Source of the DNA: Selaginella moellendorffii
Lineage: Eukaryota; Plantae; Lycopodiophyta
Assembly (NCBI RefSeq): GCF_000143415.4
Contig: NW_003314368.1
Span: 392,792 to 456,791 of the forward strand
Reading direction: 5' to 3'
DNA length: 64,000 nucleotides
Shown: in pieces, positions 25,301-38,914 of the stretch
Position numbering within the stretch: position 1 is the first letter of the stretch
Layout: the number at the start of each line of letters is the position of its first letter
Made by a program: the position numbers and the translations under genes
The notes under the pieces: generated by a model
Told to the model about the DNA's origin: nothing
What the model saw: the letters and a program-made list of their open reading frames with translations, nothing else
The model's database searches: none

Positions 25301-26749
25301 CATGGGTTAGCTAGGTCAACCAGGCGTAGGACACTATGCCCGACTCCCTGCGGGGATGTCGAATCCGTAGACATATTCTACGGAGGTTGGGTTTGAGTCC
25401 CAACCTCCTAGTAAAGCAAGGTTGGGTTCAAGTCCCGACCCCATACTAGGGCGTGGTGAGGTGAGGGGTATAGGGACACCTATATTCCGTTGTCATGGGC
25501 TTTTGGTCAGGGAGGCTAACTTAGGCACACCGCTAAGTGGGGGGATGCCTCCGAAGACATGGTCAACAAGTCGTAGGATAAAAAGAGACATTCGATATGG
25601 GCATCGAACTTCTTCTATGGGTGGTGGAGTTGTAAGGAACCAACTTCTCAAGGTGTCGTAGGCTAAAGGATCCCCGAAAGCATGACCGAAATGACAAAGA
25701 GTTTATTCGATGGGACCGAGTCCAAGACCGACTTTGAGACTGAGTTCGAGATAGAGTCCAGGATCGAGCCTGAGGCCGAATCGGAGACCTAGTTCGAGAC
25801 CGAGTTTGAGACCGAGTTTGAGATAGAGTCCGAGATCTGAATCAGATCTGAGACCAAGTCCGAGGTCGAGTTCAAAGTCGAGTCCGAGATCGGGTCCGAA
25901 ATCGAGTCCGAGATCAAGCCCGAGACCGAGTCCGAATACTAATCAGGTTAAGGGGTGAAAGCCCAAAGCGTGCGTCTCCCGGGGGGGGGGGGGGCTACAG
26001 GGGGTTCCAAAAGTATAGCAGGGATAGTGAGGGATAGTGAGGGATAGTGAGGTCCAAGAGCCAGTCTTGAAGGAACTCTCTAGTGGTGCTTCCAAACTGA
26101 CTTGAGGTTGAGACTGGGGCTGAGAGGCCTTGGGTGGGAGTGAGCATGGGCTTGGGTGGTGCCGGAGGGGCCACCCGGGGAAGTGCTCAAGAGCAACTCC
26201 CACTCCCGAAAGGGAAACCGATTGCAATACTCCCGGCTCTCGTGAAGTGGTGCCCCACTTGAGTACTTTGTGGCTCATTAGTCCTCGCCCTTCCTAGGGG
26301 CTTGGGCCTTCCCTTTGAGATGGAAGTGGAGGGGTAGAGGTACCCATACCGGGCCGTTAGGCCACAGTGTTTTGCCCCAGTGTCCCGAAGCAAGTGTTGC
26401 ACCCAAGGCTTGGGATTTAGAGAGTCCCATGATCAAGCTTTGTTGTACCAAGGGCTGTTAGGAACCTAGAGGCTTGGTGTGCTTGGCTGCTTGTGCTTGC
26501 GGGGAGTGTAGCCGAACCTTAAGCTCAGTCTAACCCGGGGAGGGGGATTGGGAGAGATTTGAGAATCCGTGGATGGATGGCTAACACTCCGTTGCTCGTG
26601 CAGTGAGTAGTTGAAACCAAGTAAGACCAAGTAGGAGCTGGTACAATAGGCGGGAACCTTGGCTAGGGAACTTAGCAAAAGCCAAGGCAGTGTTGGTCGG
26701 ATAGACGAGGTAAGCTGGCAAATTGGAAAGGAAAAATTTGTGGTTTACA

Positions 26750-27535
26750 GCTAGCCCATCTTACATAAGTTTCAACTTACAATCTCAAAAGATACTCACC
26801 AAATTACATCACCAACTCAGATGGCCTTTGACAAAAATGATGCAATTACTGAAAGGCATCATCACAATTATTGGCATGTCTAAATATGCATTTAAGGATG
26901 TCTGGGAGAATACTCCAATCCTTACTAGTGGCTGCCCTCAAACCATTGTACCACTGCAATGCCATCCTTTAGAGACATATTAGTAACTCATATAAATGTC
27001 AAATATCATCCCAAGAATAATATGTGGCAATCACCATGAAATGATCAAACCAATAGTATACATCATCCTTAGGATTCCCATGAAAGAACTTTGGCCGAAT
27101 ACGAGGATTAACACTAAGAGCTAGAGAAGCTGTACCATGTGTGAATGCTACCATCAATTGAGTTTGGTTGTTCAACTACAATCATATAACATTAAGCAAT
27201 TACACCAATTATTGCTTCAGAGTCAAAGGAGGAAGAGATTGTTGCTCTACCATGAAGATGAATGAAAAGGAAAAAATAAAAGAAAAGAAATAAAAAAAGT
27301 TAGAAGGAAAGGGAGATTTAGATAATGCAAAGTTAGATCTAAACCAAAATCCTAAATCCAAGCACTCCTCAGAGACAATCAAAGGTGCCCCTCACTTCCA
27401 CCAATGTGATTGTATAGAATATGGGAAGGGAGTATAGAAAATGTGCATATAAATTGAAACCAATTCAATGGCTACCAAAATCCCACTATATTAATATTAA
27501 TATATAGCATTGTAGTTGTACATTTGGACCTTACA
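26750..27535 (-). mobile_element. 5' LTR (about 27405-27535), PBS-like TGGTGGAAGTGAGGGG and degenerate gag start of a short-LTR gypsy related to element B
   Basis: 27453-27535 is a diverged reverse complement of 49660-49742; gag-like ALQWYNGLRAATSKDW on the minus strand near 26900-26960. Confidence 0.6.
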
Positions 27536-28989
27536 CTACTAAAATATGTTTATTTATATAAAATGCAAAAAGATATTAAAATATAAAACAAAAAATCCAC
27601 TATAAACCTTAAGTTTTTAAATTACATTTTTAAGTTTATAATATTTACATTAAATTACAATTAAAATTTGAACTCAGCTTGTGAGCTCAAGAGTGGTCAA
27701 AAGACCTAGGTTCCTCAACATATTACTAATATATATAATAGTGTTTGACAATGCTCTATTCAAGATGTTGGAAGTGATTGTTTTATACTTAATACTAGAC
27801 AAGTGGCAATCTCTAAAATATTGTATTCATTTTACATATTATTACATATTATAAAAAAAGGATATAGTAGTTCTTTATATTCCAATAGTGAAGTTAAATC
27901 AAGCACTAATTTGGATAGATCCATCTTTGGCTCTCTTGATTGTTAATTGTAACTATGCACTGTTAGATTTTTGGTCTTTCAAAACAATTCTCTCAACAAG
28001 CACCTCTTATGCTATTAAAGTCTTTTTTCAGAGGATTTTATTATTTTTAAATGTTTCCTTTCAGCAACCAAAAGTTTTGAAGCTATCAATGAGAGGGAAA
28101 TATATATGTAAATGTTGTATGGTTTGTTGTTTGGATAAAAGCAAAACATCTAGAAGAAAACATATATTACTGATTAGAAGAGGATGATTCGATGATTTTG
28201 TATGGTGAACTTCAAAAATTAAAATAGTAAACATCATAACATTCAAGAAATAAAGCGACATATAAATGTTTTTAGAGTTAACTCTGAGGTAGATCTAAAT
28301 AGATTTGATCTTTTACATGACACTTCAATTGATGGGATGCATACTTTGCTTTAAAAAACAAAAATATCTCAACATGAAGCTAAAATGCTAGAACACATAG
28401 TGTTATAGTAGTAAATGGACGAAGTTGCAATTACAAGTATAATACTATATTTTACATGATGTTACTATAAATCACAGCTATATAGATTTAAAAACCTATA
28501 ATTTAAACAGTTAAAACAGCATAGAAAATATAATCCCCACTATTAGAAATATGTATAGATCCACTCCAAGTGCTGTGGTGACAGGATCTTGCAATAGAGC
28601 TGCAAACATGTGCAATAAAATGGAAGTTAGCATTGGGCAGATAAATCCATGCATTTGTATGTAATAGCAATCTCATAGCACACAACACTTGGAAAGTGTG
28701 ACAGCTTGTGACCATACCCTATAGAATATGCTTAGAATATTCCTCATCACCTAGATTGCAATACCTTCTATACACAAACATCAATCAACACACTTTGATT
28801 CATTCTTTGGAATTGTGTCTAGCTCTTGCTTGTAAAGGAGCTGTCATTGCTACCAATGTCAATGTAGCTGGCAATCAAATACATCCATTCTACCAAATTC
28901 ACCTCTAGTATTTTGTCAAAGAAATCCTATGCCTCCAATTTTTGCCCCCATCAGGCAAATGCCAGTAGCATTGTTGTCCAGATCAAAAG

Positions 28990-29140
28990 ATTATGATGTT
29001 CCAAGAGACTATGTTTTATAGTGGCATCAAATCAAACATTCCCTTGTTGATTAAAGATGTGGCATAGCCCGTGATCATGGCATTCCAGGATAACACACTC
29101 TTCATAGGAATTGAATAAAACATTGCCTTTGCTTGGATTG
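28990..29140 (-). pseudogene. PLS-class PPR gene remnant
   Basis: AKAMFYSIPMKSVLSWNAMITGYA and MFDLMPL*NIVSWNII, with a stop and frameshifts. Confidence 0.65.
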
Positions 29141-30816
29141 GGTGTAGGCTGCCACCATTATGGTCTAGGAAACAGGGTTTTGATCAATCTTGCACTTTGA
29201 GTAAGTAAATGCTGCAATTAAAACGTTCCACACTAGATTTTTTCAAATGCAGCCTTGGGACTCACATTTCTGGCACACATAAAGTGACTTCTTAACTTGC
29301 TCACCCTGCAAAAGGATTGAGAGAAATGGCAGCACAAAGTTAGGTTTTAGGTGATTTGATCTATGGAATTTGGAATAAGAATTCTTGTGGGATATGGGTG
29401 CCACTTTTACCACAATTTTGCCACTGTCAGCCTCATCTTCCTCATCAGTGTTTCACAATTAATTTTTTTTGTATAACTCTCTACTCAAATTATAAATTAA
29501 AGAAACTCACGGCTATAAAACACAAATTCCTAAGTTGCAAAATGGAGGTTAATGTGTGCTATATGGTATTGGTTGAAATGGAAATCTAATAATTGTAATA
29601 TAATTTCAAATAAAACTTTTAAAATTCCAATAATTGTAATATACTTTCAACTAAAACTTTTATTTTAAAAGTCAAGAGTGAGAGTGGGACTCTCAAATAA
29701 GTAATTGTGGAATAAGTATATGGATAAAAGAATGATTAATAGATAGAAAGTATTATGATAACAAAACTAAAATCTTAAAACATAAAGTCTTAAAGTGGAA
29801 GTTTCTATCAGTTTATTTTATAGAAGTTTCAACATAGTTACTTTTAAATATTTATATTATTTCAATTTTTAGGATTTATATGTTTTATTAAAAACATAAA
29901 TTTTAAAAAAATTATCATACATTAGTATTGATTTTGTGCAAAATATTTTTGAAATTTTTTAAAATGATAGTAATTCCCTAAATTTCTTTAGCAAGTAGAG
30001 AAGATAATGAGTTAATTTAAAATAATTATTATGTAGCAATTTTATAAAAATATTTTTATGTGTACTATATAATAGCAAATATTCTATACCGAAAGTAGAA
30101 TAAAATATTACAATTATAAATAAATATAATTTAAAACTAAACACATATTCATAAATTTCTAACATGAATAAGTTATAAGGTTTTACCACTTCTCACTAGC
30201 ATTATGTTAATGCAAAACCTTAAATACCTATTATTTAAACTTTGTATAATGGTTTTATTTTGTGATTAAAATTTATTGTTTTTATTATTTTTGGTTTTAA
30301 TTGGATTTATGTAATTAATTTTGTTCTATTTAAAATTATACTTTTGATAAATCAGTCATAGTTTTTATTTATATAATATTCTTGTTACTACTGAATTTAT
30401 TTACTATTACTATTAATTTTATTATCTGTATGATTCTTATTATTTTAGTTATTAATTTTTATTTTATATTTTATATTTAAATTTGATAAATTTACTTATA
30501 TACACCCGGTTACATTTTTTGTGGATTTATTTAAAACTCTAAACACCACATGTGTTGCATTTTGTGTTGATATATCACTCTAAGCAAGACTTATTAAGTG
30601 GATAAATTACATGGTGCCAAAACTCCATCAAAGGTTTGCTCTATATTGATCCCCATAACTATAAATATTGCATTTGCAAAAACATTTATCTTTTTATATT
30701 CTTTAGCCCCTTAATTGCATATGGTTATAAAGAAGAACAAGAAAGTCAACAAGAAATGTTGAAACCAAAGAGTGTTACTACAAAAAATGGCTTGAGACTA
30801 TTAAACATTAATAGAA

Positions 30817-31237
30817 ATCTATCACAATAAGGAGGAGTTGCTGAACTTTTTGGGCCGCCAGATCCAGCTAATCGCAGGCGTCTAATGGGGAGCTAACTGT
30901 AAAGGGGTTATTTCTTTAACCACATGTTAGCGAACAATCGCACTAATGCTAGATCTTCCTCACGGCCTTGGGCTGTTGCTATTGCTCGAGCGATCTTGAT
31001 GCCCAAACGACAGATGCAGTCATGGTTAACACATTTGCATGCAACATGTGTCGCCGCGCCTCTTGCCCCATGCAGTTGGGTTGCCTCCCATTGGCCAGGA
31101 GCAAACATTAGTGTGATTATTTGCTAACACGTGGTTAAAGAAATAACCCCTTTACAGTTAGCCCCCCATCAAACGGCTGCAATTAGCTGGATCTAGCGGC
31201 CTAGAAAGTTCAGCAACTCCTCTTTATTGTGATAGAT
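30817..31237. repeat. Long inverted repeat (~130-bp arms), foldback or MITE-like
   Basis: ATCTATCACAATAA...CACTAATG at 30817-30948 pairs with CATTAGTG...TTATTGTGATAGAT at 31106-31237; no TSD seen. Confidence 0.85.
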
Positions 31238-31559
31238 GGCTGGGAGCAAGTGACTGGAGCAAGATCAATCATCCTCCTAGCAGTGGAGTGAGGTGTCACA
31301 GCATCTGGATGTGCCGCTCGACTAGAACTTAGTGTTCATTGGCCATGGCAATAGGATCTTCGACATGGAGATGTTTAAGATCTTCGGGCAGATGCTGGAT
31401 TTCATGATAGTGTGCCAGTTTGGAAGAGTTCTAGATGTGGTGACTAGGTATCTTTCTCTCTTTTTCTTTTTATCCATTTTGGTGATGAATGGAAGGGCAT
31501 TTTGTGCTAGTTGGTGTCACATGCAAAAGTGTTGACTGCCAAGGCTGTGGCATCCAGGG

Positions 31560-31705
31560 CAACAACACTCAGGTATGGAGAGGATTTGGAGAGTGTGCTG
31601 AGCGTGGAGGATGTTGCCAATGTGGCCGTGTTCTTGGCTAGTGAGGACCCATGGTTCGTGAGCGGGCTGATGCTGGATAGAGCAAGCACTGTGATAGACA
31701 AGTGA
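31560..31705 (+). pseudogene. Short-chain dehydrogenase/reductase C-terminal fragment
   Basis: VLSVEDVANVAVFLASEDPWFVSG resembles the SDR C-terminal motif; no intact upstream domain. Confidence 0.55.
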
Positions 31706-32842
31706 TCGGGATGATGCTTGCTGCCACTGCTTCAAGCTAGAAAAAGGAAGATTGATTTAGTACTAAACCATCTATCCCACGATTTGGATTTGAAGAGGTT
31801 GCAATCAAACGCAGTGATTCCAAAGTGTTGACAACAAGTTGGCACCAAGAAATCCTTTGTGCCAATTTTTTCAAAAGGGTTCTCTAGCTTGGCCAGATTT
31901 GATGGCCACTTCCCAAACATGATGTCCTGGCACAACGATTCATCTAGTCCCTGCTGCAACACTTCTTTCCTCTCCTGCAAAGAGGAAACTTAAGGAGGAG
32001 AGATTGACAAACTTGGGTAGTTTTGCCCTTTGGCACAATTTCATTTGAAGTGGTGCTTTTTAGGCAAGAAGAAATGCGAGAGGAAGAAAGAAGCTATGGC
32101 GACTTAGCAGCAGCAGCAGCAGCAGCCTCCTAGCTACAATCAAGCTCAATCATGCGGCAGCAGCAATTTGTATGTGTTGTATCCCAAGGGGAGGCCGCAG
32201 TGATGGGCACACTGGCAAACCCTAGCGCTCATCCAGGTAATCAGCAAGCAGCCATGTCCCAGCGCCCTGAATTGAAGGGAAGGGATTTGATAAGCTTGGA
32301 GTGGCGGGAAGCTATGTCTCACCACAGGTCGGCAAAGGAAGAGATCCCAATAGAGCCGGTGGTGGTGCTGTAAGTCCCTACATCTAGAGAGCATCCATCC
32401 CATCCACTCTAGGAAAGAGTAACCATAGTTTTGGATTGTGTCTATTTAGCAAATAAGGCACTCATGTGGCATTGCTTGGGTGCTTGAGATAATTCACTCC
32501 AATTGGGAATAGGTATCATACTTCTTTTTTGTGGAAGAAAAAAAATCTCACCAAGAGTTTTTCTTTTGTTATCCAATAGGAAAAGAAGAACAAATGCGTA
32601 ACACAATGATGGCATTAGTTTTAATACTAAATTTACCTTTGCTAACTGTGCAGCTTTTGTTGGGCAAATACTAATGTGAAAATAGTTAGGTTTTAATTGT
32701 AATACATTGTGTGATTCTGGACTGTGGTATTGTTGCTGGAAACAAGAATGGTAAATCATTGCAACTGACTGGGACTATTTCGAGAAGAATTGGGATTTAA
32801 GGCCAGAATGCCTTAAACCCTAGGTTGGCCTACCTTCCTTCC

Positions 32843-35800
32843 TCAACTTCCCTTTGAGGTGGACAAATGCCGCCTCGCATTCTGCTGTCCATACCATCTT
32901 CCCTTTTCTCGTTTGGTCCATTAAGAGCAGGGCTACTCTCGAATAGTGTCTGATAAACTTTCGGTAGTAGTTGCATAGCCCCAAGAACGCCCTCAACTTA
33001 TGTATATTCGATAGTCGCTCCCATTCTTGGATCGCTTGGACCTTCTCTGGGTCCACCTTGAGCCCATCCTAGCCCACCACATGCCCGAGAAACTTTACCT
33101 CTTGTTGAGCAAAGTCACATTTGCTCTCTTTATCATACAGTTTGTGTTCCCTTAGTTTCTTAAACACTTTCGTCAAGTGTTCGGCATGCTCCTCTAACGT
33201 CTTGCTATAGATCAGGATGTTGTCGATATAGACGACCACGAAGTGATCCAGATAGGGTACAAAGATATGGTTCATCAATGCCGAAAATGTTGCTGGCGCA
33301 TTGCATAGCCCGAAGGGCATCACCAGAAACTCAAAGCTCCCATACCTTGTTCGACAGGTTGTCTTCTCGACATCTTCCTCTACTACCCTGATCTGGTAGT
33401 ATCCTAACCTTAGGTCAATCCTCGAGAAGTATTTTGCCTTTCCCAACCTATTGAACAAGTCCTCAATTCTTGGCAAAGGGTACTTGTTCTTCTTTGTATA
33501 CTTGTTCAGCAATCGGTAGTCTATGCACATGCGCATAGATCCATCTTTCTTTTTCACAAATAACACCGGCGCCCTAAACAGCAACTTGCTTAACCTAACA
33601 TACCCTTTGTCCACCAACTCCTCTAGTTGGTGCTTGAGCTCTTCGAGTTCTTTTTCGTTCAAACGATAAGGGGGATGGACCACTGCCTCAACACCCTCGA
33701 CCAGCTCAATCTTATGTTCTATTGGTCGTGCGGGGGGCAACCCCGCTGGTAGCTCCTCCGGCATGGTATCCTGGAATTGTTCTAACACCTGCTGGATCAC
33801 TAAAGGTACTTCTTCCGTTCCTGTCTTTTTGTCACTGTTCACTGAGAATAAGCACAAAAATGCTGCCTTAGTTCCTTTAGTGAGTTGTCCTCTCGTGGAC
33901 ACCAGGTTTAAGTAGGAATCTTTGGCCTTGCTTTGCCCTACCTTTAGATCCTAAGCCTCCACCCTAGATCTTCTTCCTTGGGTATTCACTAGTACCACAA
34001 GGTTCTTACCTTATCCATGCAAAGCTATCATGAACCGATTGAACGAATCCATTCCGAAAATCACGTCAAATCCCGCCATGTCCAACACAGTGAAATCCAT
34101 GTCTACTTTCTAAGTCCCTACTTCGACTCTCGCTTGTCGAAGTACCTCATCGGTGCTTTGGCTACCTTGAACAAACTCTATAGTCCTTGGTTCGCCTAGC
34201 CACTGCACCATTAGTCTAGCTTGCCAAACTATATCTGCAGTCACAAAATTATTTGAAGCACCCGTGTCAATAAGGATCTAAACAAAGCTACCTCCGAGCT
34301 TCCCTCAAAGGGCTAGTAGATGTCACAAACGACTCTCTACCAAAGTTGTTCAAGTAATGAGTAACTTTGAGCTAGAGACTGGATCACATATCTCCGTTTG
34401 GATTTCACCCGACTTAATGGCCATATTGGCTCTGGCCTTCTTCGGGTAGGGACATTCCCTTGAAAAGTGTCCTGCTTCACCGTAGTTGTAATATACATTG
34501 TTTCCCACGCTGCTATATGACTTGACCTTTTTATCCATGGGTTTGTCTCATTTTGCTTGACTCCCTTACATACTTGCTCGCTGGCCACCGGATTTGCCTT
34601 TCTGGAACCCCGAGGACTCATTCTTAGAGAAACTCTTCTTGAATTTCCCTTTGCTATACGTTCCCCTTGGTTTGGCCCCTTTGCTAAACGTTGCTAAACG
34701 TGGACCCCGACCCCGTCATGTTCCCCTTTTGTAGGTTATTGTTGAAATGCACCTTGATGGCCATATCCAACACTTCCTTGTAATTGGTCAGGTTCCAACG
34801 CATCACCTCACCGCGAGCCCAGGTTTGCAAGCCTAATATGAAGGCATGGAACGCATCTATACCCCCCATGTCCGTGACAAGTATCCTCTTTGCCATAAAC
34901 CCATTCACATACTCCTGAATGGTTCCGGTCTGCTTTAGCCTACTTAGCTCGTCTTTTAGATGCAGAGTAGCATTCGGAGGAATGTAAGTCACACAGATCC
35001 TCGCCTTCATCATTTCCCAAGTGGCTACCGGTCCTTCGTTGGCCTCTGTCGTTCTCCACCAAGACTTGGCATTATCTGCCAAGTATGGTTTTGCACATGG
35101 GACCTTCTCCGAGCTTGGTAACCACAATACTCGGAAGTAGTCCTCCATATCATAAAACCAATCCTCCACCACCTTATAGTCGTTCACTCCCTTGAAGACT
35201 AGTGGGGGCTTTGGTTTGTACTTGGGAACTACTTGAATGACTGATTCCACTTCGGTCTGTTCGACCTTGTTTGGTTTTGCCTCAGTCCCTGCCAACGGGT
35301 CTGCACCTTCTACGCTGCCAGCATCCGCAGTCTTTTGCCTTTTCTTCCGCTTCTCATCACGCTTTAGTTTGCATACAAGAGTCTCCAGAAGGGCATTGGT
35401 CTATGCCAATTGTCCTTTTAGCACGTCTAATCGAGCCTTGGATGACCAAACCTCACCACTGAACTCCTGTTTGGAAGTTTCCTCACTGAAGTCGTCCTCA
35501 TGCAAGGATTCCTCATCCATAGCCTCTTGTTCGACCGGAGGCTCTAGCTCTGGAGGAGGTTCCGTCTCCGCCTTGGTTCGTTTCTGCCTTGCTTTTGCCA
35601 TCTCCCAGCAATCCACCTCTATCCTTTGCTAGAACTGAGGAAAAGGCTCCAATACCAAATTGTAAGCCACAAATTTTTCCTTTCCAATTTGCTAGCTTAG
35701 CTCATCTATCCGACCAACACTGCTTTGGCTTTTGCTAAGTTCCCTCACCAAGGTTCCCACATATTGTACTAGCTCCTACTTGGTCCTACCCGGTTTCAGC

Positions 35801-35904
35801 TACTCACTGCACGAGTAATGGAGTGTTAGCCATCCATCCATGGATTCCCAAATCTCTCCCAATCCCCCTCCCCGAGTTAGACTAGGCTTAAGGTTCGGCT
35901 ACAC
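32843..35904 (-). mobile_element. Element A 5' half: LTR end (35661-35904), PBS, gag, protease and RT; truncated just before RNase H
   Basis: 35661-35904 is the reverse complement of LTR 26506-26749; PBS TGGTATTGGAGCC at 35657-35645; gag with a degenerate zinc knuckle (GEAGHFSRECP); protease DTGAS; [25 protein letters not shown]. Confidence 0.9.
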
Positions 35905-36740
35905 TGTAGCGCACGTGGTTTTTACCCTTTATCCTATGGTGATTTACTATAGGATAACACCACGAAGCGGAACCTAACCCTCTTTGTGCCACGTGTCACA
36001 TGCCACATGTCCAAAGGATAGTGGTGTGGAACCAGAGTTTCAGGGCCTTGGGCCACTGAACGAAGGGACAGTACCAATCTCCCAAGCTTGGAGCTAAGGA
36101 GTGACAGAACTGAACCACGAAGCAACTCCCGAGCATACAGCCCAAGGAGCGAAGGGACAGGAGCCTAGAGCGATTTGGAACAGTCCTGGAGCAACTAGCA
36201 TCCTAATGCCAGGACCAGCACGCAAAACGGAGCGAAACGAAGTCTGGCGCTATTTTGGCATATCGGTGGCCTAACGTGAGGACATGGGTACTCCACCAGC
36301 TAGCATGGAATGGAACTTGGGCTTAGACCCAAGCCGGACGCAGAACAAAGACAGGCATGCAAGCGGGAGCTAAACTATGCCTCAAGTTGGTTGGCCATAC
36401 CCAACCTACCCACTATCCCTACTATACATTTAGAACCCCCCATAGCCCCCCCCCCCCCGTTGAGGAACACACGCTTTGGGCTTTCACCCCAAGCCTCCCT
36501 TAGTACCAAGAGTTAGTCTCTGGGACAAGCTTGAAACTTACTAAATATGGAATGTCCTTAGATTGCGAATTTGGACATGGGACGAACACCATTGCGTTCA
36601 AAATGATCTCTACATTCCGTAGATATGCCAAATGAACAAATCTAGACACTTTCCATTATTAGTATTTGGGACCGAAATAAGACTAACACAAAAGGCATAA
36701 TAGCAAGGGTGTTTCGCAGACACGGTAAGTTATCATCCAG
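35905..36740 (-). mobile_element. Truncated LTR inserted in the element A 5' LTR; same family as the 41842-48224 solo LTR
   Basis: About 36200-36740 is similar to 41920-42465; starts TGTAGCGCAC; fused directly to element B protease sequence (AFDLILGMD), implying a deletion. Confidence 0.7.
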
Positions 36741-38515
36741 CCCAAGTCAAGCTTTTGACCTCATCCTTGGTATGGATTGATTGTAACGCAATTATGCCAA
36801 GTGTGACTTTGAGGCTTCTCCCCTTTGTCTCATACTTTCTTATGTTTCATCCATTCCTCTCACTTCCATACCTCTTCATCCCTCTACTTTTACCTTTGCT
36901 TCCATTACTTTTGTTCCCCCACTATTTCCTCCTATATTTCTGTCTTGTTCTGCTCTTCCCTTTTCCGATCCCTCCGACAATTTTTGTGTTGCAGTGGTTG
37001 ACCGACTCATGAAGGAGTATTCTGATCTCTTTAAATTTGACCTATCGTCTAGGGCCAAGATTGCTACACATCATCCAATTCCAAGCAGGGATGCTTGTTC
37101 AGTCAAGGTTTCTGTTCGTCATTTGTCACCCAAGGAGATCAAGATTTTACATACAAATGTCAAGGAAATGTTGGAGAAGGGTGTTATTCGGAAGTCGCAA
37201 AGTCCTTGGGCATGTGAACCTCATCTTGTGATGAAGCTTGATGGGAGTATTTTTTTCTGTATCGACTAACAATCCCGAATGTGTACCCTCTTCCTCACAC
37301 TTCTGATCTCTTGGATCGTCTAGGGCAAAGTTGTTGGTTCATTAAGCTAGATCTTGCTTCTGGGTATTGGCAATGTGAGACACAAAATCCCTAAGCCCCA
37401 AAGTGAAGCCGGAAGGGTGCCATGTGGTAGTGGCCGAAGCAAAAGTCAAACAAGCGTAACGCATTTGGACTAAAAGCTCTAATTTGAAAGGTCAAGAGCA
37501 GGAGTGGAACTCCCAACAAAGTGCTCGAGGAATAAGCACTAAGCGAGCAATAAGCGAGGCTCTAACAAGGGACTCAAAAGGACGAATACATGACATGTGG
37601 AGGAGTCCGAGATGGACCCAAGTTGGAGTCCGAGATGGAGTCCAAAATGGAGTCTGAGATGGAGTCCGAGATGGATCGAGACGGAGTCCGAGATGGAGTC
37701 CGAGATGGACCGAGATGGAGTCCGAGATGGAGTCCGAGATGGACCAAGACAGAGTACAAGATGGAGTCCGAGATGGACTGAGACGGAGTTCGAGATGGAG
37801 TCTGAGATGGACCGAGACGGAGTCCGAGATGGAGTCCGAGATGGACCCAAGATGGAATCCGAGATGGAGCCTAAGAAGGACCCAAGATGGAGTCCAAGGT
37901 CGAGACCGAGACCGAGACCGGGACCGAGACCGAGACCAAGACCGAGACCGAGATCAGGACCGAGACCGAGACCGAGGCGGAGGCCAAGACCGAGCCTGAG
38001 TCCGAGTCCGAGTCTGAGTCCGAGTCCGAGTTTGACTCTGAGAGGGTGAAAGCCCAAAGCATTCGTCTCCCAGACCCTGGGGGGTTTGGTGAGCTCCAAA
38101 AGTATAGTAAGGGGGAGGACTGCAGTGGAGCCAGTTTGGCTAGGAAAGGCCAGTTTGGCCAGGAAAGGCCAGTTTGGCCTAGGAAGGCTATACCCAGTGT
38201 TGGGTGATGAGCTGCCTACTGGGAAGTCCAAGACTAGAGTGAATACGGACCGACAAGTGCGGTAGCTTGGTGAAGTGTTCAAGAGCCGGCTCTAGTTCCC
38301 TCGGGAGATCGACTGGCTGATGCTCCTAGTCCAAGTGTGGGTGGCACTACCTACTTGGATACTTGGTGTGGCTCAATGGAACCTCGCTCTAAGCCCATAG
38401 CTAGAGCACCTAAAGGCGGAAGGCGGGGAGAGTACCCATGAGGCCCGCGTAGGCCACGGTGTTCCGAAATGTCGTCCAAAAGTCCTAGTATGTGGAAAGG
38501 AAGAGGAGAAGCCCC

Positions 38516-38914
38516 TATAAGCTCCCTGAATTTGGACTTCCCGGGAGGTCACCCAGCCCAGTACTATTCAAACCCAAGGACGCTTAACTCTAACTATCCC
38601 AAGACCCTTAACCGATTGGAAAAGGGGGTGCACTCTTATTCATGGGCCCTTTCCCTCTATATTTGAACCCCATGGACCGTCTCTCGAGTCGTTCCCTTTG
38701 GTTGCTTACAATCCACCACGCTTCCCTGCAAGTTCACGCCCTCGTGAACGGAAGCTGAGAGCCGCAGCTCTCCTGAGAGCCCCGCTCTCTTGACACCCTA
38801 CCCCTTGGGTCGAGCCCAGCGGGAGCAAACTAGACCAGCCAGATGTCAATTAACATGTGGTGTGATTCCTCTAGCCAACCAACAGAGTCGGACCCAAGAC
38901 CGCTCCGATACCAA
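38516..38914 (-). mobile_element. Cassandra TRIM, minus copy: PBS, internal domain, PPT and 195-bp LTR (38516-38710) with a 5S rRNA segment
   Basis: Reverse complement reads AGTTAAGCGTCCTTGGG...TAGTACTGGGCTGGGTGACCTCCCGGGAAGTCC (5S A-box to C-box); PBS TGGTATCGGAGC. Confidence 0.88.

Larger units (their letters stand above)
15779..26749 (+). mobile_element. Ty3/gypsy chromovirus element A, 3' half (RNase H-integrase-chromodomain, 3' UTR, PPT, 3' LTR 25631-26749); degenerate and interrupted by a LARD
   Basis: TPVLPL..F...SDFALG, HEKELFAVV, zinc finger [20 protein letters not shown]^DGQTERVN, KLTQR^FAGPY, chromodomain YKVEVIL..FHVKWKGF. PPT GGGTGGTGGAGT; LTR TGTAAGG...TTTACA. Contains stops and an internal deletion near 16645. 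Confidence 0.9.

Noticed and set aside
29580-30540. Very AT-rich tract
   Set aside because: No termini, periodicity or coding signal that I could support.
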